Positions 57,037 to 64,000 of a DNA stretch of 64,000 bases are shown here, one piece after another. The first letter of the stretch is position 1. Each line of letters begins with the position of its first letter. Position numbers and translations under genes: made by a program. Below the pieces are notes generated by a model. The model worked only from the letters and a program-made list of their open reading frames with translations, was not told the origin of the DNA and did not search any database. This DNA comes from a virus. Location of the stretch: the IMG/VR virus record IMGVR_UViG_3300045988_183163; one strand, given 5' to 3'.

Positions 57037-57567
57037 GTGAATAGCAAATACCGAGAGCAAACCTGCTGCTTTGTTGGGCACAAGGATATCCCACCGGGCG
57101 AGCAGCTCAAAATATTGGCCAGGGTGGAACACCGGCTTATTCCACTTATCCAGCAGGGAGTCACTTACTTTGGTATCGGCGGTTCTTTAGGTTTTGATAC
57201 TCTTATGGCGGATATGCTGGTTTCGTTGAAAGCAGCACATCCCCGAATTCGCGTTATTGAGGTTTTGCCTTTTGAGGGATACCGTTCTAAATGGAGCTTA
57301 GAACAGCAGCGGCATGCCGAGAAAATAGACAAGCAGGTAGACAAAATAGTATATGCTGCGAAAGAACCAGGCAGGGGAGTATACCTTCTAAGAGACCGAC
57401 ATCTAGTCGATTACTCTGCTTATTGTATCTCCTATTGCACAAGGACTACCGGCGGCACGGCATATACGGTGAAATACGCTCTGGAACACGGCATAACGGT
57501 GTACAACGCCTCCAGTTTCGATGTGAGCGCCTTGCTTCAGGCCCGACCGCTTGCGAAGAACGGATGA
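57037..57567 (+). CDS. DUF1273 / SLOG-superfamily protein (YoqJ-like)
   Basis: 176 aa; N-terminus CCFVGHKDIP... and a Rossmann-like pattern typical of SLOG proteins. Confidence 0.45.
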   Translation: MNSKYREQTCCFVGHKDIPPGEQLKILARVEHRLIPLIQQGVTYFGIGGSLGFDTLMADMLVSLKAAHPRIRVIEVLPFEGYRSKWSLEQQRHAEKIDKQVDKIVYAAKEPGRGVYLLRDRHLVDYSAYCISYCTRTTGGTAYTVKYALEHGITVYNASSFDVSALLQARPLAKNG

Positions 57568-58517
57568 AAAAGCGCCCTTGCACAAAACATGAGGGAGATT
57601 TCCGGGCGTTTGGAGAAATACCCATAGGACTTTGAGCTTTGCTGCACAAAAACAAGCCTCCGCTCTTTGGCGGGGGCTCTTCTTGTATTCTCAAAAACGT
57701 TGAATTTAATTTCACTGAATTCCGATTCAGCATTATTTGGCGTGGCTCAGCTTGGCCCGACAGCACGATACCATGGCGGCCGAACACAATGATTCTCCAG
57801 AACGGAATTCTCGACATTCGGTGCGAATCGTATATAATCTAAATAATAAAACAGTATAGGAATATAGCTAAGCCGCCAAGCGAGTGAAATCGTTTGGTGG
57901 CTTTTCTTTTTGCTACGGAAAAGTAGACATTGTACTTGTCATGAGCTTGTTGCATACTTGCTACGAACTTGCTAAAAACTTGCTAAGCACTTGCTACGCT
58001 TCACCTCGAAGCAAGTTCATTTTTTTTGCGCGAAAGAATATCGGATAAGTGACGCTTCTTACTCGTATGACCGAGAGAAAACATGCAAAGACTCTACCAT
58101 TCTGGTAGGGCTTTTTTGCTGCCCAAAAAGTTGGAAAAATGTCGCAAGCGAGCCGCTGAAACCTCGGAATTTTGTCGCAGCCTTTCCGAATATGAGATGT
58201 ATCTCACAAAAGCGAAATGCGCTGCTTCGTATCTGTGGTGAGACAATCGGAACAGGCAAATAGCAAAATCTCAGCTGCCGCAAATGCTGTCAAGTTCAAA
58301 TCACAACTCCCAAAAGTTTCGTTTGGGAAAGCCTGCATTAAAAGTTTCGTTCTGGAAAATGCAGAGGGGAAAGGAAAATGTCGAAGCATATATGCACTGA
58401 TTTTCTTCTTGCTATTTGTGCAATCCGCTCAAATTGGCGATAAATATTCCCAAAATAAATAAGTCAAAGTGCTTTTGGTGTATAATGGCTCTGACAAACA
58501 GAAAAAAGGAGAACACT

Positions 58518-59600
58518 ATGAAAAAGGTTGTATCATTAGCACTTTCGACTTTGCTCGTCCTCTCGTTGGCTGCCTGCGGCAAGGCGAATAGTTCCGCTGC
58601 AACAGCCGCAAGTGAATCCAAGTCAAGTGCTTCGTCAAATAGCACTTCCAATAGCACGCAAGATTACAGCCCTGACGGGATTAAAGTAGGAGAGACATAT
58701 ACTACAGAAGACGGCAAAACATATGAAAGGGTGTGGAACGGCACAGGCAGCGATTTACCTACGCCGTCCCCCGAACCCAAAATTACATACGATAATGATT
58801 TCCAGGCACAGACACTTGTTGATAATGAAGAATGCACCATTATCTTGCAGAGCGTAGGCTACGATGATGATTACGGCTATTATTGGAAGCTTTACTTCAA
58901 GAATAAGACATCAGATAAAAAACTCGGTTACTCGTTTGGCGACTGCACATTGAATGGCGTAGGTGCGAGCCTTTGGCTTACGAGTGTTGAACCTGGTCAA
59001 GAGGAAACGGAGATTCATCATTGGGAAAGTTCCGGGCTTAAAATTTATAACATCAATCCGCAGGATATCAATACGGTAAGTTTTTATCTCGATGTCTATA
59101 ACGAATTAGATTATGATGTTATCCCACGGCATGACTTTGTTGATGACGATTTCGTGGTTTATCCAAAAGGGGAAGAAAACGCAACCGAGCCAAAGCATGA
59201 AACCCAACCCACAGACCTCGTACTGGCCGACAATGACGCTTGCACTCTGATGATTTGTGGATTTGACCCCGATGGCCTGCACGGTTATACGACCAAAGCT
59301 TACATAGAAAACAAGACGGATAAAGAAATCATGTTTGCCTTTAGAAGCGGAGGCTCTATAAACGGTTTTGAGTGCTTCCCTGAAACAGATACAATGGGAA
59401 TTGATGCGCACACTAATGCCTATGTAGACATCTACTATTACGATTATTTAGATACTTATGAGGCCAACGGTAAAGACCCCACCTCTGTCACCGAAATGGT
59501 GATGCCAATCGTTATAAACAATTCCAGCACTCGGGACATCTATGTAGATGAGACTTTCACTATTAACCCTCAGACAAATTCCGTGACAACATCGGAATAA
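58518..59600 (+). CDS. lipoprotein with an internally duplicated about 140-aa domain
   Basis: Start at MKKVVSLALSTLLVLSLAAC (RBS AAAGGAG). Two homologous domains: ...DNEECTIILQSVGYDDD... and ...DNDACTLMICGFDPDG... Confidence 0.6.
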   Translation: MKKVVSLALSTLLVLSLAACGKANSSAATAASESKSSASSNSTSNSTQDYSPDGIKVGETYTTEDGKTYERVWNGTGSDLPTPSPEPKITYDNDFQAQTLVDNEECTIILQSVGYDDDYGYYWKLYFKNKTSDKKLGYSFGDCTLNGVGASLWLTSVEPGQEETEIHHWESSGLKIYNINPQDINTVSFYLDVYNELDYDVIPRHDFVDDDFVVYPKGEENATEPKHETQPTDLVLADNDACTLMICGFDPDGLHGYTTKAYIENKTDKEIMFAFRSGGSINGFECFPETDTMGIDAHTNAYVDIYYYDYLDTYEANGKDPTSVTEMVMPIVINNSSTRDIYVDETFTINPQTNSVTTSE

Positions 59601-59689
59601 TTTGACGCCCTCCTGCGATTAAAATTATTAACTTTCCCGGGCTTCGTTTGCAACTTTGTAAATAAAGGTTTCGTTCTGGAAAACACGGT

Positions 59690-59740
59690 GGAAAATTGAC
59701 ACCTCCCACGATTGAAATCGTGGGATTCCTGGGCGGCGCG
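59690..59740. repeat. solo IS200/IS605-type hairpin (RE-like remnant)
   Basis: ATTGACACCTCCCACGATTGAAATCGTGGGATTCCTGG is nearly identical to the TnpB-element RE at 34287..34322. Confidence 0.5.
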
Positions 59741-59814
59741 GCAAGGTTCATCGCCAAATCGTGTCTGAAACAGCGAGTTATGCGGTTTCCCATCATACGC
59801 TACGGGTGTAGCGC

Positions 59815-60282
59815 ATGACGAGCATCCAGCCAAAATATCCGAAAGGTGAAGAGAAAGCGACAAAACCAAAACACGAGATTCAGCCCACGGATATTGTGCT
59901 GTTCGACAATAATGCCTGCAGCATGGTCGTTTGCGGATTTTATTCTGATAGTTTCATGGGCTATACGGCAAAAGCCTACTACGAAAACAAAACCAACGAC
60001 CGTATCGATGTCATTCTGGACAAAGGCTCTATCAATGGTTTTGAGTGTACCCCGGAAGGGACAACGCTGCTGGAACCACATTCTAACGCCTATATTGATA
60101 TTCGTTGGCAGGAATATGCCGAAACCTACGCAGAAAATGGCAATGACCCAACATCCATCACAAAAATTGTAATGCCAGTTTTTGTGAGAAAAGACACAGG
60201 GAGCAATACGGTATACATTGACGCCACTTATTCCATTGACCCGCAGGCAAGAACTGCAACGCCGATAGTGAACCCCCAATGA
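59815..60282 (+). pseudogene. 5'-truncated paralog of the lipoprotein domain (single domain, no signal peptide)
   Basis: 155 aa, homologous to residues about 255-394 of the 58518..59600 product. An IS-type hairpin lies immediately upstream. Confidence 0.4.
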
Positions 60283-60451
60283 TAGTCGCATGATTTTCCG
60301 AAACCAAAAACTACTGGAAAAGCAGCAAAATTTTTCTGAGTTCAGAAAACTTTTGGTACTTTGGGGAAAAGTTTTCTGGAATGGGAAAACTCTCCGACTT
60401 TTTGGAATAAAAAAATAAAAGCGCTCACCATTTTTCGGTGGGCGCTTTTCT

Positions 60452-61981
60452 TCATTCTTCGGTTTTCTTTTTCAGCCACTGCCTTCTAACGAACGGCGTT
60501 ACATAGGTTTCATCACTCTTCAGCTCATAGCCATAGCTTTCAGCTATCAGGATGGCACGTTCGCTTGCTTTCTGTCCGGCAGGCAGGTGGCGAATGAAAC
60601 CATTGATGTTTTTGGACGAAGCATCATATTTGGACTTGTCGAACACCCGCAGCGGCTCGTCGTCATCATTGCCTTTCTTGCGATAATCGCGGGGCTTTCC
60701 GCCAATCATCAGACAACGAATCCCGAATGGAGTATCCGCGTGTGTCACAAACGAAGACCGGAACGACGCATCAGTGGGCAGGACATCCGGCAAATCACAG
60801 GCGAGAGAAGTGTACAGCCAGAGAATCAGATTCGTGACGCTGTCAACCAGCTCTGGAAATTGAGCCCGGTCAGTCAAAATATAAAACCACTCGGTGCTTG
60901 TGTTATAGTATCCGGCCAGGTCACCAAACTTGGTTACGATTTTATACAGACACACAATCTCGTTGTCGCGGCAAGTCTCTTTCAGCTTAATTTCCTGTAT
61001 CAGCTGGCAGGCATCAAACTGAAACAATGCACCGTTGGCGGGAAGAGTTCTGCGGCGATGGTGCAGCGTATCTTTCAGAAACTCTGTCGTATATTTGGGT
61101 GAGATGGGCTTTGGCCACCAGGACCACATGTTCGGAGTATTCTCAATCAGCGGCTTGTCCGGCAGCATGTCCACGGTATACTCGTTCACATAGGTAGCCA
61201 TCGAAAGGACTGTGTTCGTATACAAATGTGAGAGCAAAGCAAGGTTGTTGATGCTGTCGAAGTCGGCAACGCCCTCATAACCATAACGCTTATAGTACGA
61301 AAAGACCATATCCAAGCGTCTGTCTTCAGAAATCTGAGATTCACATTTGTCGTATGGCCGATTGTTGAAAAGAGCATCACTATAATAGACAGGAACATCG
61401 GCGAGGGGATAGGGGTCCCGGATGATGATTGGCTCGTTCTCAGTTGAGATACCGACAATGTTGTTCACAATATCGAATTCCTGAGGCTTGAGGTATTCGC
61501 TCCCCTGCATCAGCATATCGATTACCGCGTACAGGACAGAATCATTACGTTCCACATTTCCGTCAATGGATAATCCTGAATGAACACATTCCTGCACATA
61601 AGCAATGGTCTTAAAGTACAGAGCATAGTCCTTATTCTTCTTGATGGGCTTTGTGAGCTCCTGCATGAGCCGATGATATCCCTTGATGAATTTGTCAGAG
61701 TTCGCCATAGCAAGCTCTATCTGAGAGTTAATGGCCTCAATGATAGGCTTACATTCCTCGGCTTCACGAGCCAAGTGAAAAAGGAAAGTGGACGCTTTCC
61801 CGAAATCTGCATCATGCAGCGTCGCCACGACCTGGCAAGCACTGGACAGGGTTCTTCTCTGAAATACCCAGATAGACTCGCCTTTGCTCCGATACTTCTT
61901 ATCCCATACCGGTGCGTATTTATCGACTAAGGCATTACCGAAATCTTCCTGCACTGCCAAAACACCATTTTCGTTCTGCAC
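60452..61981 (-). CDS. large hypothetical protein
   Basis: 509 aa; lies 10 nt downstream of the HD-domain gene on the same strand. Confidence 0.5.
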   Translation of the reverse strand: MQNENGVLAVQEDFGNALVDKYAPVWDKKYRSKGESIWVFQRRTLSSACQVVATLHDADFGKASTFLFHLAREAEECKPIIEAINSQIELAMANSDKFIKGYHRLMQELTKPIKKNKDYALYFKTIAYVQECVHSGLSIDGNVERNDSVLYAVIDMLMQGSEYLKPQEFDIVNNIVGISTENEPIIIRDPYPLADVPVYYSDALFNNRPYDKCESQISEDRRLDMVFSYYKRYGYEGVADFDSINNLALLSHLYTNTVLSMATYVNEYTVDMLPDKPLIENTPNMWSWWPKPISPKYTTEFLKDTLHHRRRTLPANGALFQFDACQLIQEIKLKETCRDNEIVCLYKIVTKFGDLAGYYNTSTEWFYILTDRAQFPELVDSVTNLILWLYTSLACDLPDVLPTDASFRSSFVTHADTPFGIRCLMIGGKPRDYRKKGNDDDEPLRVFDKSKYDASSKNINGFIRHLPAGQKASERAILIAESYGYELKSDETYVTPFVRRQWLKKKTEE

Positions 61982-61991
61982 GGTATCCTCC

Positions 61992-63389
61992 TTACAACTT
62001 TAACTGCCCCACACAACTCTGCGCAGTGGGCAGTAGTTTGTGGGCCATCTCGTTGCGGAAATACTTAGGGTCTACGGCTCGCATCCCGAACCGCACACGG
62101 TCTAAAGCATCTGCGTCTTTCAGAATCGTATACAGCAGCCACACCCGTTCTTTGTCCCGGATATTGGATGCTTTGAGGTCTGCAAGAGCTTTGCGGTCGT
62201 CTAAGCAATGATATTTGATGAGGAAAGCAGTTGCCGAATTGCAGTCGGAGTCTGCGTCATAATAAATGTCCCTGGACTTTGCTCCGTGACTGTCATCGAC
62301 ATCATCATTCGTCCGCCCAATATCATGATAAAGAATCGCATCACATAGCTGGTGGGATTCTTTTTTTGTTAAGGCAATGCCCTGAACCTGGACAAGGAGC
62401 AGAGCATCAAAGAGAACCCGCAGCGTGTGCTCGGCATTGTGCTCCTCGTCATCAATCCGGCCATAATCATCGTACAGTGCGGAGATACGGCTCCGGTAGC
62501 GCTGGTAGAGAGGGTAGAACGCCTGAATTTCATCTGTCAGAGCGTTAATGCCGTATAGTGTATCGACCTTTCTATCTTTTACAGCAGCCGGTGGGACAAG
62601 GACCTCTTTTTCTTCATCATTCGGAAAATACTCGATGATGTCACATTTGCTGACATGGGCAGTGATGATTCTGCTGTTCTCGAGACTCGGGATGCGGCAG
62701 GCAAAGAAACAGGCTGCCTTGTAGCTTGTGGTCCAGGAGAAAGATTTCTCGTATGGAGTTGACTTACTCCCTTCCCCACGATAGATGGTCACAATATCCG
62801 GCAGGCTGGATAGCTTCTTTTCAGTGTCCTGCTTTTGCTTCTGAGACTTTCCAGAAAAGACTTTCTGAAGGTTATCCTCTTTGAGAGCCGAGAACCCAAA
62901 ATCACTGGTACGATAGAAGTCCAGAAAAAGTGCGTATAGATTCTCACCCGGACTGGACAACTCAATGTACCTGGAAAGAACAGACACACGAAGGCTGTTT
63001 TCCAGGGAAAAGAGGTAGCTGCGAATGAAGGGGGCGTTTCCCGATGAGATTTTCTCGGCCATATCCAGAACTCTCTGCTGAAACTTTTCGTCCGATTCGC
63101 CGTTCACAGCCAGACGCTTGTCCCCGTAAATGTTCAGAGAAAGAACAATGGGAACGGTCGTGCTATCGAGCTCGCAATAATAAAGAGGAGCAAGCATATT
63201 GTGCGCAGCATAAATCTTGTCGACGGGGAGTCTCGGATACTTTTTAGCGAATTCAGTGGCCGTTATACCGATGCTGTAGCCTTCTTTGTAGTACCGTTCA
63301 ATGTCAGCACTTGTCTGCACTGCAGTGAGGGGTAGCATCGTCTCGAGACTTGCTTGGTTGATGCTTACAAGAATATCCCCGACCGTCAT
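61992..63389 (-). CDS. protein with a C-terminal HD phosphohydrolase-like domain
   Basis: H..H motif NAEHTLRVLF, HD motif ILYHDIGR, and a distal D in DADALDRV; the N-terminal 330 aa are uncharacterised. Confidence 0.5.
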   Translation of the reverse strand: MTVGDILVSINQASLETMLPLTAVQTSADIERYYKEGYSIGITATEFAKKYPRLPVDKIYAAHNMLAPLYYCELDSTTVPIVLSLNIYGDKRLAVNGESDEKFQQRVLDMAEKISSGNAPFIRSYLFSLENSLRVSVLSRYIELSSPGENLYALFLDFYRTSDFGFSALKEDNLQKVFSGKSQKQKQDTEKKLSSLPDIVTIYRGEGSKSTPYEKSFSWTTSYKAACFFACRIPSLENSRIITAHVSKCDIIEYFPNDEEKEVLVPPAAVKDRKVDTLYGINALTDEIQAFYPLYQRYRSRISALYDDYGRIDDEEHNAEHTLRVLFDALLLVQVQGIALTKKESHQLCDAILYHDIGRTNDDVDDSHGAKSRDIYYDADSDCNSATAFLIKYHCLDDRKALADLKASNIRDKERVWLLYTILKDADALDRVRFGMRAVDPKYFRNEMAHKLLPTAQSCVGQLKL

Positions 63390-63846
63390 TGTTTTTCTCC
63401 TCCCACAATTCTTTCTAACATAATTATATCATATTTTACAGATGGACGGGCCAAAATCGCAACTTTGTTCATGAATACTTAAACTTTATGCACGAGATTT
63501 ATTGTTGCCCTAATATATAAAACTAGAACCCCGTCATCTTGGATGGGGCTCTTGAGTTGTAACTGGAGGTGTATCTCATTTTGTGCCAGGGGTATTGTAT
63601 GGTAGTTTTCGAAAATGAGTGCAAAAAAACAAACACCAGAAGTCGAACTCAAAAATATCTTAGTCTTGGCAAGTTTACCCTTGCGCCGCTGTGCGAACTT
63701 CGTACAATAAGAATTGTACAAGAGAAACGGCAAGAGACATTTGTAGTGATTGTAGTTGGTCGCCACGAATCGATGCCGTGTCTGCTTGCGCATAATTACC
63801 TCTTTTCGAAGCCCACAGGTCATTCTCTCACCTGTGGGTTTTGTTT

Positions 63847-63874
63847 ATTGCGGAATCGTGCGAATTGCAGACAA
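63847..63874 (+). promoter_or_regulatory. conserved promoter family copy on the plus strand (TTGCGG-N16-GACAAT)
   Basis: TTGCGGaatcGTGCGAATTGCAGACAAT. Confidence 0.45.
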
Positions 63875-63945
63875 TTAAAGACAGAGCGATTGTGAGATGG
63901 GGCGATACCGATGCAGTAGGAATGAGAATCTTAGCAGCTAAAAGA

Positions 63946-64000
63946 GTCAACAACCCCGCCTAAACCGGTTCGCCGGTTATAGACGGGGCTTGCGGGGCAA
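63946..64000. repeat. 55-bp inverted-repeat arm (partner at 50404..50458); runs to the window edge
   Basis: GTCAACAACCCCGCCTAAACCGGTTCGCCGGTTATAGACGGGGCTTGCGGGGCAA. On the plus strand it would encode ...VNNPA-stop. Confidence 0.6.

Overview
The window reads as a large phage or prophage-like region. From 1 to about 50.9 kb almost all genes are on the minus strand and are mostly small hypothetical proteins. They sit in operons separated by a recurring promoter architecture (about 16 copies, with a conserved GTGCGAAT core in the spacer) and by intrinsic terminators. Four of these promoters are followed by a conserved TSS-proximal TTGTACGAYAGATAA element and then a leader terminator, which makes them candidates for regulated antitermination. 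Recognisable proteins are an NAD-dependent DNA ligase (ligA), an SF2 helicase, a PAPS-reductase-like PP-loop enzyme, a Lar-like restriction-alleviation protein, a NADAR protein, a GHKL ATPase, a lysozyme-like tail protein, two VWA proteins, a flotillin, a Y-family polymerase cassette, and two tandem zinc-ribbon-repeat proteins. Two tRNA islands (24.19-25.87 kb, and 28.5-31.7 kb scattered) hold about 17 tRNA or tRNA-like genes; several have non-canonical anticodon loops, including C33 in Asn x2, Gly and a Ser-like tRNA, a 6-nt loop in a Cys-like tRNA, and one tRNA-like whose anticodon arm cannot be folded. Three IS200/IS605-family insertions are present: an IscB element with room for its omega-RNA, a stand-alone TnpB element, and a tnpA plus truncated tnpB element. 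All share a family of subterminal hairpins (CCCACGACTTTAGTCGTGGG-type), and there are two solo hairpin remnants. Further repeat families include a 3-copy structured motif with covarying stems (CGCCGCGTGGAGGCT) and near-perfect 55-bp inverted repeats bracketing 50.4-64.0 kb. No CRISPR array and no rRNA were seen. All calls are from manual reading; tRNA anticodon assignments and protein family assignments are not software-verified.
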